64,000 nt of DNA from the human T2T-CHM13v2.0 reference genome, Homo sapiens. The notes beneath the pieces are model-generated. The model had not been told where the DNA came from, did no database searches, and saw nothing but the letters and a program-made list of their open reading frames with translations. A program made the position numbers and the translations under genes. Each line of letters begins with the position of its first letter. Position 1 is the first letter of the stretch. Below, piece by piece: positions 15,794-29,000 of the stretch. The DNA is taken from NCBI RefSeq assembly GCF_009914755.1, contig NC_060930.1; one strand, 5' to 3'.

Positions 15794-16799
15794 CTGATAG
15801 CAACATAAACTTTTTAAAGTCTTCACATTTAAAATATTAGTGGAAAACTCCAATATCCTTACTGGAATAAAAACTTGGAAATGTAAATTTCAGTCATTGA
15901 TAAAGACCTTTCAATGGGCATGCAGCTTTTAATCCAAATGAAGTGAAATATTTAATGTATTAGTATGTATCCACTTAGGAAACATAGGAGTGGAGAAAAA
16001 TAATGAGAGAAACTTAATGATGAAAAATAATGTCTTAGGAGTGTTTAAATTTCTGGAATCTACTGCCCTCCTGCCTTGCCAATGTCAGAAATGTTCTAAA
16101 TGTATTTGGCTCACAGTTAAGGTATGCATACACAGTTTGGAGTTCTTCAGAATTTGCCATGAGTCATAAATTAGTTTTGCCTTGACTTCACCAACTGTGT
16201 AAAATGACCTTTTTAAAATCATATTTTTTAAAACTATGGTTTCTTTTATGAGAATTCAATAGGATTTCTATTGTTGATCTTGATTTGCCTTGATTCAGTT
16301 TTAATATTTTATATGCAAACTTAAGATTTTATCATTTAATGAAAATTTAATTATATATATATATATCACTACTAGGTCTTTGAAAATGGTGAGATTTTTT
16401 CAGTAGCTACTATGGAAATAAAACATCTCAATAGTAAATCATATCACTAAAATCAGTGTTATCTACACAGTGAATCAGATTAAATCCACACAACATGTTT
16501 ATAGACTGAAAAAATTTTGAGAAGATAGTAAATTCACTATATCTTATAAATCTAGCCATTTCCTGACAGTTCTTTGTAAACATGAATTATTTATTTCACT
16601 TTTATGTTTTGAAGGTTGATTTATAATATTGTAGAAAATGGCAAAAATATTTTGTGTCACAGAATATTTTTAAGTTACATAAAATATCTCATTTAATACA
16701 GAAAAAAATAAATAGGAAATATACAAATGCAAAATAGAATTAAAATCCCCTACATCCCAAAACACTATCTACTTTTATAGAAAATAGTTATTCAGAAAA

Positions 16800-19130
16800 A
16801 TATATCCACACTTATGTTATATTTTAGAGATGTTAGATTACCAGGATCCTAAAAGGATGATTTAGTGAAGAGACAGATATGTAAATAAATAAATTACATA
16901 AGTCTGTAAAAGGATATAAGAGAAGAGTAAAAAAAAAAAATCTGAGAGTAAAAAAAAAATTCTGAGAGCAAATGACCTAGCAGCTCATTTTCTTGGGAAA
17001 TTAAGGTAATTTTAATAGACGATATAAAAGCGGAGTTTTAGGGTATGAGTAAGAGTTTCTCAAACAATTTAAATAGAACCTAATTAATATAGGAAGACAC
17101 ATGGGCTTTGCCCTATAATAAATATAATGGAATCTGATGCTTTCACATAGAAAAGAGACATTATTAGATTGAGATTACAGGATGAAAAAAATATCCAGAA
17201 ATAGAGTGGAGCATGGGTTTAAGGGAGCAGAAGATTAAAGGCCAATAATTAGATGCTTTCTGTAAAAGAAGCTGGAAGAATAAAGTTTATCGAAAATGGA
17301 TATGACCTAGATTAGGGCAAGTCCAACTATATAAAATGACGTTTTCATAGTATCAGAGATGCAGACATTATAGTTTATAGAGAAGAAAACATATACAGTA
17401 GACACTTCAAGCTATATTTTGCCAGAATATGGTGTGGAAGAAATTTACATAATCAAGTGTTCATCTTGATTTAAAGTATGTACAAAAGGAGATTCAGAAA
17501 AAAACTTAAGAGTAATGTCCAGATGAAATGAACAATAAACACTATCATAGACACTAAATAGAAGATCTTAAGAAGTTCTACATGGACAATAGTGTCAAAT
17601 ATCATAGATGGGTTACATGGGATGCTGCCTGGAAATATGCCACTGGGTTTCACAATTGGGAGGTCATAGTGGACCTGAGTGAAGGCAGTTTCAGTAGAGC
17701 AGTGGGAATAGAAGTCATATTATATTGAATTGAAGAATGAGGAATAGTTAAATTAGTATAATCAGAGTATTGGAATTAGCCTACTCTTTCATAACATTTA
17801 GCCACGAAAGGAAATATGACAAAAGTGCAACAAAGCCAGGTGAAGGAAAGTTTTCACTGATAAATGCTTAAGTAGGCTAAGAAGGAGCCAGTGGAGAAGT
17901 GACTAAAGGCTCAGGACAGAGGGAAGAATTTGTGAACTGACACCCTGATGAGACAGAAAGTGATAATAACTCATAGTAGTAATAATTGCTAATAGCTAAC
18001 AGAAGTGTATATTGTGTATCAGGCTCTTTGTGTTTTCAGTGTTCCATTTAATTCAGTCTGTTTCAGAACCATATGAGGTACATGTATTCATTGTATCCAC
18101 TTTAGATATAGAGAAATTGAGATGCAGGGAGGTTGACCAACTGGCCCAAGTGGTAGAGGGAAGAAAAAGTCCCAGGCAACTGGGCACCAAAGACTGTTTT
18201 CTCTCAGTCACTGTGTTATACTGTCTCTGGGGTCTTTGAAAAGAAAATGAAATATGTGTTATTCTAAAATAGGAGAGAAGGGACTAATGAGTAACATCAT
18301 AGGTATGTATAGAAGTGGAGGGGATGAGAAACTGAGAATGTACTCACTTGATAACTTGTGTTTTTGATATCAAAATAAAAGACTATTATCTGTTGATAAT
18401 TAGGCATTTGGAGATATGGTGGAAAATTTAAGAAACTTAGTGAACTTTTAGAGACCAGACCAAGCTGCAGAAGAACAACTATAACAATTAACATTGACCT
18501 ATTTACCAAATCACCTTTCTTACATTATCTTAAGTCCTTAACAGAAAATCCTACAAGATAGGAATTATTCCTATTTTACATAGATGGAAACAGGATTAAA
18601 TCAGTTAATAATTTGCTAAATATCACTCAGATATTAAGTGCTGAAGCTGGGATTTGAATCAAGGTCTGTCAACAATGTCCATGCTTTTCTATTCTGCCAC
18701 AATGTCTCAATAAAGAATAAGAAAGGTGATTACTAAGAGCAAGTAGAAGAGACACTGAGAAGTACTGAGGGCCCAGCTTAGAATGAAAACCGTAACTGTT
18801 ATGCAGCACCAGTCTGTACAGTGAAGCAATGTTCCACACAAAACCCAGTCAATTTTTGAACCAAAATTAGACATGGGCAGTGACTGTTTTCAATTACGGC
18901 AGGGAATTAACTGCTTGGGTAAGGATGGTAGAAGCACAAGCAGTAGAGGGGAAAAGTGGAACCAAGAAGGGACGGGACTACTGAACTAAGAGAAAATGAG
19001 TAAGTCAAGGCCATGAAGAAAAATGGCATGTTGAGAGAAGAGACAACTTGAGAGAAATGGAAGAATCACAGGTATTGAAGAGAGTAGGTCTTTGGATTTA
19101 AGATTTTGCAAGTGGTATATAAGTTTTAAC
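16800..19130 (-). mobile_element. Degraded L2 with embedded MIR fragments (about 17990-18215 and 18500-18700)
   Basis: GAGGTCATAGTGGACCTGAGTGAAGGCAGTTTCAGTAGAGCAGTGGG is antisense L2; CCTATTTTACATAGATGGAAAC...GGGATTTGAATCAAGGTCTG is antisense MIR. Confidence 0.65.
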
Positions 19131-19781
19131 TAAGAACAGAGATTCTCAAATTCATAAGCAGCTACTTTATGGTTTTCAGGCTTTTGTGGAGATCTAGAGA
19201 CAATGTTGCTTTTCTTAGTTGCCTAGTTAATTCTGCTGACAACCCTAAGACTTCATAAAAGATTATTTCAGCTTTCGTAAGTTAAAATCTTTATAGAGTA
19301 AAACTTTGTTCCCTCTTTAGTATTGATGTTTGAAATAATGTAAAATTTATTTTAATTCAAATTTTTTGATGTTTCAGAATTTTATTAGCAGTGGTCAGTT
19401 CTTTAACTGTTTTTGAAATTCTATCAAATACACTGAGTTTTTTGCCAGTATTTTACACTGCACTCAGTAGCTACAGAGTCTAAAGTGTAGAAAGTACAAT
19501 CACCCTGTTTGGCTGAATCAATCATCATTGTAGACCATGGACAGTGCAAACCACAAACAATAATTTCCTGCTGCTAGAACTTGGCTGATGACCGTAACAC
19601 CTTCCAGTGAAAAATAATCATTCACCATTACAATAATCAAATAATCATTTTTAACACCACATTCTGAGAATTGTACCCTAACAAGTTCTTTGAGATAATC
19701 ATTCTAATATTTACTTCAATTTATTTATAAGTTAATAAACAAAATTTATTCTAGTTAATTGCAACTGCCAAAACCTGGCCT

Positions 19782-19936
19782 ATACTTACCTGGCAGGGGA
19801 GATACCATGATCACGAAGGTGGTTTTCGCAGGCCAAGGCTTATCCATTGCACTCTGGATGTGCTGACCCCTGCAATTTCCCCAAATGTGGGAAACTTAAC
19901 TGCATAATTTGTTGTAGTGGGGGACTGCATTCACAC
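19782..19936 (+). pseudogene. U1 snRNA retropseudogene (RNU1-P type)
   Basis: Colinear with U1 nt 1-155 (ATACTTACCTGGCAGGGGAGATACCATGATCACGAAGG...); Sm site altered (AATTTGTTG), last 9 nt missing, CA/A-rich tail, TSD AAAA(C/T)CTGGCC at 19770-19780 and 19948-19958. Confidence 0.97.
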
Positions 19937-20714
19937 ACACACAAAGAAAAATCTGGCCATTTAGAGTGTCTAAAGCAATGGAAGACCTTGGCGTTACTGC
20001 TTGATTGCCTTGATTTATAGAACCTGCCTTAATTTGACTAAGAAAAGTCCAAGTATTGGGATATGGTAATTAATTGTGGGTTTAAACAAGGACAAATCTC
20101 TGACAGGATTTTTCAGAGTGCATTTTTTAACTGGTAGTCTAAAATGACATACCTAATCCAGCAAATGTGTTGTCTAAGCACATATTTTTGATGATTATCA
20201 GAAATGCACCCCCATGCAATGAGAAAATGGTTTTATATACCCTAGCTCTACTGTAAGAGGCAAACTTTCATATTGAAAAATATTTTAAGAGATATTGTTC
20301 TTCATCTTTTTCTTAAGCAGTAAAACTTGGTGAAGGCTGAAGTAAGTATCTTCGGTTTCACGTCCCAGATCCCTGAACATGCCAGATAATCTTCTAGCAC
20401 TAATTTTGTAATGTTCTGCCTTGCCTGGTTTTAAAATATTGCAAGGAAATATGTTTCTGTTACCCTTCTTGGAAGATTAATTTTCCTCTCATCTTTAATG
20501 CCATATACTATTCTTAAGATACCCATGTTGAAATTTTTCTATTACTATGTAATGGAATTTTATACCTTGGAATAAAAATATATGCCATCCACAACAGATA
20601 ATATTTTATATACATGAGTAGTGAGATGACTTTAGCTATTGGAAGAAGAATTCATTACCACACCCAGAAGAATCCATTCATTCTGAGTAATAAGAAGATA
20701 GAAAATATGAAGCA

Positions 20715-21027
<313 letters not shown>

Positions 21028-21729
21028 AGAAAATATGAAGCAAAACTATTTTTAAAAGTAAAATCACATCTTTAAACAATGGCAACTGGTTTTTGTGTTT
21101 TATGACATGAAGAAAAATTTGACCTACTTAAAAATATTTTATGAGCTTCCCAAGTATCTTATAAACTATCATTAAATCCAGATTCTGTTTATTTTCTGTT
21201 TATTTTTATTGTTTCTTTTGACCTTATTTTTCATTCACTTTTCATTATTTGGCAACAAACTTAACCAATGTATTTATTCTGTGATCCAGAATTAATTCAG
21301 TATAGCTTGCAAATGCAAATCTTGAAGTTAATATATTTTATATTGGGACAAAACTCAGAAATATATAGGCGTGTGTGTGTGTATTACTTATTTTATCTAA
21401 AATTAAAAAATTATAATTGTCATATTTTCAAGGCATAGTACTTATAATATATTTGATTAGGTACAATATCTTTCAAACTTATTTTTAAAACTAATTTATT
21501 CATGATATTACCCATTTGTGAATAAGCATCAAGAGTATAACACTGCAATAATGCCTTTATGCTATATATTAAGTAAATGAAACTATATTTATTATGAAAC
21601 AATTTTTACAATATTAACTTAGGAAAATTGAGAAGGAAAATTATTTTTTACTATAGAGTTTTATTTATTGTAAAAACTTGCTATGATATAACTTGACAAA
21701 GCAGAAGACTGGAAAAAAAATGGGTGGTT

Positions 21730-22199
21730 TTTCAAATGGGATATTTTAGCCCTGAGATCAAAAGGAAACAAGCCAGACGTATTAATAAAAGGCATAACAG
21801 AAGCTGCTATGAGTACAAACAGAGCATAGCATTGATCATTACTTAATTCAACAGGCATATGTTTTTCACTCACATCACAGTTCAAATGGATTTTTGCCGA
21901 CCAGTCTTTCACTTGGTGCTTTGGGATCCTGGCTTCTCCGTCTTGTGTTGCCGCAATCTTCCAGGGACTCCTCAGTGTCCTCTGCTAGATCCTGTGCGTT
22001 TAGTCACCCAATAAGGCAAAGAGCAAAAATGAGGAGTATTATGTAGGATGCCTTCTAGCCAGGTTTTGTAGTGGTACACATCACTTTCATCCACATTCAT
22101 TTATACAGAACCAGGCAGATGGCCTGACCTAACTTAAAGGGGGATAGGGAAGTCAGATCTTCAGAATTCCTACGAAGAGGAGGAAATGGATTGATGAGT
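21730..22199 (-). mobile_element. Old MaLR LTR (MLT1J/K-like), interrupted by MLT1B
   Basis: GTGGTACACATCACTTTCATCCACATTC...AGAACC...ATGGCC...CCTAACT motif; terminal GCCACA resumes near 23018. Confidence 0.6.
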
Positions 22200-22992
22200 A
22201 TTATGGCTTGAATTGTGTTCCCCCCAAAAGGGTATGGTGAAGTCCTAATTCTTTTTTTTTTTTTTTTTTTTTTTTTTTGAGACAGTCTCGCTCTGTCGCC
22301 GAGGCTGGATGGAGTGCAGTGGCGCGATCTTCTCGGCTGAAGGCAAGCTCCGCGTCCCGGGTTCATGCCATTCTCCTGCCTCAGCCTCCCGAGTAGCTGG
22401 GACTACAGACTACAGGCGCCCGCCACTACACCCGGCTAATTTTTGTATTTTTAGTAGAGACGGGGTTTCACTGTGTTAGCCAGGATGGTCTCGATCTCCT
22501 GACCTCGTGATCCGCCCGCCTCGGCCTCCCAAAGTGCTGGGATTACAGGCGTGAGCCACCGCACCCGGCCTAATTCTTAGTATCTTAGAATGTGACCTTA
22601 TTTGGAGATAAGCCTTTTACAGAAGTAAATCAAGTTAAAATGAGGTCAGCAGCATGGTTCATTAATTCAGTATGACTGTTGTCCCTGTAGAAAGAGAAAA
22701 AACTGGGCACAAAAGAAGTCACAAAGAGAGAAACCCAAGTGAAGAAACACAGCAAGAAGACAACCATCTAAAAGCCAGGCATTTAGAGGCTAGGAAAGAG
22801 GCTGGAACAGAGCCTCTGCTAGAAGAAAAGAGCATGCTTCAGAGGGAGCATGGCGGTGCTGGCACCTTAATATCAGGCTTGGCCTCCTGAACTGTGAGAC
22901 AACAAATTTCTATTCTAAACCACCCACCCTATGAAACTCTGATACAGCCTGCACCACCTCATTGCCCAACCCCTGCCCAGCAAACTAATACA
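22200..22992 (+). mobile_element. MLT1B LTR containing an AluY
   Basis: TTGAATTGTGTTCCCCCCAAAA, AGAATGTGACCTTATTTGGA, AAGTTAAAATGAGGTCA, AGCAAACTAATACA end. Confidence 0.85.
22252..22570 (-). mobile_element. AluY
   Basis: GCAAGCTCCG, CCATTCTCC, GTTAGCCAGGATGGTCTCGATCTCC; T27 tail; TSD TAATTCTT. Confidence 0.96.
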
Positions 22993-23325
22993 TGTACTGT
23001 CTTGCTCTCTTTTGCCACATTTCCATTTCTGATAACGACAGGCTAGTTTATTCAGAAAAACCTTCCCTAAGAAACCAACCAACTAAAAGTTCTGGGTATA
23101 ATATGTATAAGCCTTCTTAAAAGCATCAGAGAACTGATAAAGTAAGAAAATAGCAGGCCAAAATGTAAGAAAAGTCATGAAACCGTAGTACCAGAGCAAC
23201 AAAGCTATTAATACTTTTGCACTGATGACATTTGAGATATAAATAAACTAGCATAAATTTTGGCAGGTCTTCAGGATGAGAAGATTAGAAGAACTAGAAC
23301 CTATCCAAGTTGGAGAGTCTAATAC

Positions 23326-23769
23326 AGGGCTGCCCAACAGAAATATAATGCAACTTACATATATATTTTCAAATGTTCTAATAGCCACATTTTCAAAAGT
23401 GAAAAACAAGTAAATCTAACTTTAATAATATATTAATATTAAACTCAATATGCTCAAAATATTTCAATGTGTAATGATTAGAAAAATTTATAAATTAGAT
23501 GTATTACTTTTTTGTAGTAAGATATTAAGAACCACTCTGGCCAGGCATAGTAGCATGTGCCTAAAGTTCCAGCTGTTTAGAAGGCTGAGGCAGGAGCATC
23601 ACTTGAGCCCAGGAGTTTGAGGCTAGGCTAGGCAACGCAGCAAGACTTCATCTCTAAAAAAATAAAAACTAAAAAATAAATGCCCCATATTTTACACTGA
23701 CAATATATATCAAGTCTGAACAGTCACATTTCAAGCCACATGTGGTCAATGCAGTATTTGACAGCGTAG
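23326..23769. mobile_element. MER33 (hAT-Charlie) with a FLAM inserted at about 23539-23680
   Basis: CCAACAGAAATATAATGC, TTCTAATAGCCACATT, CACATTTCAAG...CCACATGTGG...TTGACAGCG; single Alu monomer inside. Confidence 0.8.
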
Positions 23770-23774
23770 AAATA

Positions 23775-25350
23775 AGCCCTCAAATTAAAAGGCACAAATT
23801 ATCAGGCTAAATAAAAAAACAAGACTTAACTATATACTATCACAATTAATAAACTTTAAATAAGTAGATTCAAATAGATTAAAGATAAAAATAATAGGAC
23901 TTCCACTGAAACCAAATGGAATAGCATTCCCACAATAGATAAAGTATAGGAAATAATAGTTATCAAGACATTGGACTCAAGTGATGAAGGACAGTGATTG
24001 CCCAGACATAGGGAACAAATGAGGTGAGCCTTGTGAATATCCAGAGGACTGCCTGAAGAAAGTTTCCAGTTGTGGAACAAGAAAGAGATCCACAAGGAGT
24101 CCTACAGTCTCTCTGAATTGAGGAGATGAACCTAGGAATTGAAGAAAGTTTAGACAACCAGAATTCACAGAGGAAAGTACTGGAGGGAAGAAAGCTACAT
24201 TGAAAGATAACTGCAGAGACCTGTAGAAAGGCCCTTGACAAGAACTAAGTACCGACCAGCACATGCATACTACAAAACTACCTGAGGTCAGAAAAAGAAC
24301 CATTAGAAAGTATGAAAGAGGAAAATGCTTGAAGCCCAAACCAACCAGAGTAAAAATTCTCATAATTCACGAGGAATTGGAAACAATCCACAGAAGAGTT
24401 TTGCCCCCTGGAGTGGGGAAAAATTAAGTCTAGACTAAACACTGCTCTGGTCCTGCCTAACAAAAACTTAAAAACAAAATAAAAAAGAATCGAAAATATT
24501 TCTAAGTAATTTAGCTGCATCCAAGAACAAAGTTCAGGAACACTTGTGGTAATACAAAAATATTCAGACCACAACAAGAAAAAGATGTAGAATGTCTGGC
24601 ATCCAATACGAAATGAGCAGGCATGCAAAGAAACAATATGATACAATATACTGTGAAGAGGAAAATCAATGAATCGAAACCAATCCAGAAACTACCAGTT
24701 GATAGAATTAATAAAGACAATGAAAGTTCTAACTGTATTTTATCTTTTAAAAAACTAAAAGAAAGATTAAGCATAATATGGACAGACATAGAAGTAAAAT
24801 ACCACATAAACTTTGAAAGATTAAAAATCATGTAAAAAGTGAAAAATACACATAGCATAAATAACAGATTAAAAAATGCAAGATAAAGTACTAGTAAACT
24901 TGAAAATATAACTGCAGAAAATATTTCAAATGATAACCAGATAGAAAAAAGGCTGAAAATATAATAAATATAAGTGGAGTACTAGTGTGCTATGAAATAA
25001 TTTGTAGTCTTAATATACATGTAATTGAAGCCTTTGAAAGAGAGAAGGGTGGGAGTGGACAGAAAAAAATATTTAAAGAAATTGAGTGGAAGTTTTTACA
25101 AATTTGAGAAAAACAATTACCCTTCACATCCAAGAAGCACAACAAATTCCAAGCACAAGAAACATGCAAAAAAAAAATTACACTAAATCAGGACATCATC
25201 AAATTGCTTAAAATAAAAACAAGAAATGATAGCAGAATTATCACTGAAAGCAATGCAAGCCAGAAGACAGCAGAACAACATCACCCAAGTACAGAAAAAA
25301 GAAGAAAAAATAAACTGTCAATCAATAATTCCTGACCCTGCAAAAATATG
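23775..25350 (+). mobile_element. Old L1M fragments (5' UTR and ORF1 remnants)
   Basis: A-rich ORF1-like sequence: ATACATGTAATTGAAG, AAATATTTAAAGAAAT, CATCCAAGAAGCACAACAAATTCCAAGC, CAATGCAAGCCAGAAGACAG. Confidence 0.75.
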
Positions 25351-25856
25351 GAGCATTAACACTGAAAATATTTTATATTATTTTTGTGGGGGTATATAAA
25401 GATATTTGCAACAGAACTCTTCTTGCCAGTTCTTTAAAACAGAAAAAATGATCCTAAGCAAAGAGTAGGGTTTTTTTCTTGAAAATTTATCAATTAAATA
25501 TTTCTTAATTTAAGAATTAGAGAATAAGAGTTGATAATGTTTACTATTGGTGAATAAAGCATTACAAGATATAATGAATATTAATAAAAATAATCACTAA
25601 TGCTACTTTAATGAGGATAATAGTATTTCATCACTTTTTAAGTTGGCAGGAAGACTTTACATAACAGCTGTCTATGTCTCTTTTATTTTTCTTTGTAATA
25701 AAATATCCATTAGCAAATCTAATAGACATATCTTTTGATACATGAAAAATCACTTTAAAAATAAGTAGATGAGGCAGTTTTCTTCAACTATACCCACTTT
25801 TAAGCAGTAAATCCTTGAGATTTGTTCCTCTTCTGAATATTTTAAAGGGATATTAC

Positions 25857-26013
25857 CTGTATGGTCTCTTCTTTTTGACAGTAAGGTAGTGACCATAAAT
25901 ATCCATGAGGATCACCCATTCACTTTCTACTTTTTCAGAATACTTAATAAGATCCTTCTGGTTTGAGACTTTGTAGAGGTAGCAAAAGTATATGTTGCTT
26001 AGTGAACCCATAT
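25857..26013 (-). other. Candidate exon (157 nt)
   Basis: Branch-like TGACTGAT, acceptor TGTGTATTCCAG|A, donor CAG|GTAATA; one frame open throughout (MGSLSNIYFCYLYK...VKKKRPY). Confidence 0.45.
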
Positions 26014-29000
26014 CTGGAATACACAGTTCATTATCAGTCATTACGTATACCACGAACTTCAAATAACACACAAAATCAACTAAATGTTCTGTCATTAACC
26101 ATTGCTATTTCTTTGGAAAACGTTAGCCTCAGAGGCATTGAGTGAATTGTCTTATCATCCATATCACATTCTTTCATTATTTCAGAGTTGAGTAATCTTC
26201 TATCCTGGTATATAATGATCATAATATCTGATAACAAAATAATGTTCAAACTATAGAATGTTTTCTAGCTTCTCTGTTAAAAATCCAAAGTTTGTCAATT
26301 AAAATTTATATATAGTCTATCAAATATATCTCCCTTGATCTATTTCTTTTCCCAATTTTTACTCTACAAATATATGAAATATTGAAATTTCAGAAAGGGT
26401 GCTTATTACTAAAAATGAAAACATTTTAATAATTTCAACAAAATGCTTATGACTTTATTTGGTTTTGATAGGAAGTCTTAAGAATCTCTATAATTTTACA
26501 AAGTGTGAGTAGGGTGTGGGAGAATATATTCCAGGCTATTTCTTGGGGACAATTTTTTTATTCTGAAGAACTTGTTTCTAAGATAACTTCTAATTTTCCT
26601 CCACTGAAATATTCTCTCAACTTATTGGCTATTTCTTTTGATAATGTAAATTCACAATTCTATCAAGATGGTGTTTAAGTTTTTCTGATTGCAGATAGGC
26701 CTTTCAATGACAGTCTGTTAAATTGCTGCTAAGCAAGATGGTACTATCATTAAAACAGGGTCATAAAGCCTGAACACTGAAATGAGGTCTTAGGGGAAGG
26801 CACAGGTAGAGGGATGAGAGTGAAGATCATGAATTAAACCTAAGAAAAGTGACTTCAACAGTCACATTTAAGGTTAAGTTCAATCTTTCCTCTATATATT
26901 TTAAGGGGAAAGAAACATATCGAATTAGCATGTGAATTGTCATAAAATATTTTCGAACATGTATTATGTTGCAGTGTACTGGCAGTGATATTATACAAAC
27001 ATAAAAAGAATGTCACTTAATTCCTAAACATTTAATCCTTACAAGTTTAAATTTTGAAATAAATATTGTTATTAATTATCTAAACTTTTCCTGTGTTGAA
27101 TGTTTATTATATACAAGTGAAGAAAGCAAAGAGGTGTGCCATGCTGTAAATATGTACATACTAGATACATACAAGAAAATGATACACAAATTTTAAAAAA
27201 TGTAAAACTACAAAGATATTTGCCTTTTATACCTAAATGACTTTCTCTATGATGTGGAATACAAAAGCTTGGTAAATTATGTATTTCCATTTCCTCCCTA
27301 TAAGTCAACAAACTAAATGAAAGTATGTTATGATATTTTCAGTGAGTATAAAACACAGATCATTATTTATTAAGAGTATCCAGTGGGGAACATTTGGTAG
27401 GAAGTAAGCAAACACTTTTCAGATGGAAATGCTAGATTTCCTCGTGGTAACTGAGACTACCTGCATTCCTCTGAGGTTCTTTGTGACATCAAAGCAGTTT
27501 TTGCTTAACTGCCTGATTGCTTATATTTCCATCCAGCTCAAAACACAGGGATTTCATCTAAGTTACACGACAGACACATAGCATCACAAGCAAAATTTGC
27601 CTTTTGGACAGCAAAACAACAAACTGTAGGTAGTTCACTCATTATCAATTTATTTTGCTTGTCAAAAAAATTAATTTATTGAATGCTAACTTTATCAAGT
27701 CTTCTGTGAAATATTTTATAAAATATTTGTACAATAGAGTTCCTACCTTCAGGGACCTAACCAAACAGTTAAGGAGACTAATGAGTATAAAACAATTAAA
27801 GAAGAATAACAGATAATACAACAAAGTCATATAATAAATTCAGTTTGCAGGATTTAAGTGAATTATTTAAGGATAAAAATCAAATGTCATGTAAAATTTT
27901 CCCATTGATTTTAGAAAAGCATTACTTTCTAGATTGGCATGCTGTTGTTATTTGGCTGTTCTTATGATGAACTGATGTCTTTTAGTGGCAAGTTCTATGT
28001 CAGCAAATAGAGTTTTTCTCCGATGAGCTGAATCTGTTTGAGCTTTCAATCTATATGATGATGGTGTGTGTCTTTCAATCATTGTTGTCTGCCCTAAATT
28101 CTGTAGTTAGTATTATATTTCTTCATCAGTGTATAAATACCACTTAATGACCTCCAGGGTGTTGAATTTTTATTGCTCAGATCCAGATCAGATTAAAAAG
28201 GAAAAACATTCAAACACATCTTTTATCACTGTAAGGGCTCTGTTTAGTGTTATACATTACATTCTGCCTCTTGCTAAAAATGATTTTCTCAAGTTTCTTT
28301 AAATTTAATTCATGGGGCATCAAGCAATTTTAGGAAAGATGCAGGATTTAAACAAACATGAATAAAAATAAGCTTATTTTGTAAAGAGAAATAGGCTAAT
28401 AACTTTAAAAGTTTGTCTACAAATGAAAGAAATAAAAAGATCAATTTATTCAGCTTTCAAAGGAATGTAAACCCACAGAATAAAATGGAGCTCTAATATC
28501 TTGGCAGGTGTTGAAGAATACCATGCTAGACAGCAAAACCCAAAATGTGACAAGTGATTGCAAGAATGCTGTCAAGTATGTGCATGTGTGTGCACACGCA
28601 CACATGCAATGTATTTCCTGAATACTGAAGCTAATTTACTACAAACAATATGAATAGCGATCTGCAATTACTCTAAAATGAAATCTATCACTGCTGAATG
28701 AAAGAGTGAGAGAGTTAGCTGTCTGATTCCAGAAGCAACCTTCTTCCTCCATTGTAAATAACATACTTTGACAAGTCTATGTGTTATGTGGGCTAAAACA
28801 AATGAAAGATTTTGAAAATGTGAATTATTAAAGAGCCAAAATGTGTTCTTATTGAATTATTTACTTTTCTCATAATACAAGTGCTTTTATAAAAACAAAA
28901 AGGAAGATACATGCAAGCTATATTGGGGGTTTGTGGAAACCCCAAATTCTTTAAAAACCACTTTGAAATTTCAAATGAAAGCCCAATCAACCAGGTAGAA

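Noticed and set aside
19180-19276. Plus-strand exon-like segment (TTTTCAG|G...TTC|GTAAGT)
   Set aside because: Stops in all frames and no partner exons; shows that good-looking pseudo-exons arise by chance here
19782-19936. Possible functional U1 variant gene
   Set aside because: TSD and tail indicate retroposition; Sm site mutated, terminal stem lost, no evident snRNA promoter
23856-24858. Several 80-130-aa minus-strand ORFs
   Set aside because: Antisense to A-rich old L1 sequence
25857-27557. Loose resemblance of candidate peptides to ABCA-family ectodomain and P4-ATPase ELDG motifs
   Set aside because: Needs several ad hoc frameshifts and the segment order does not fit; no gene symbol assigned
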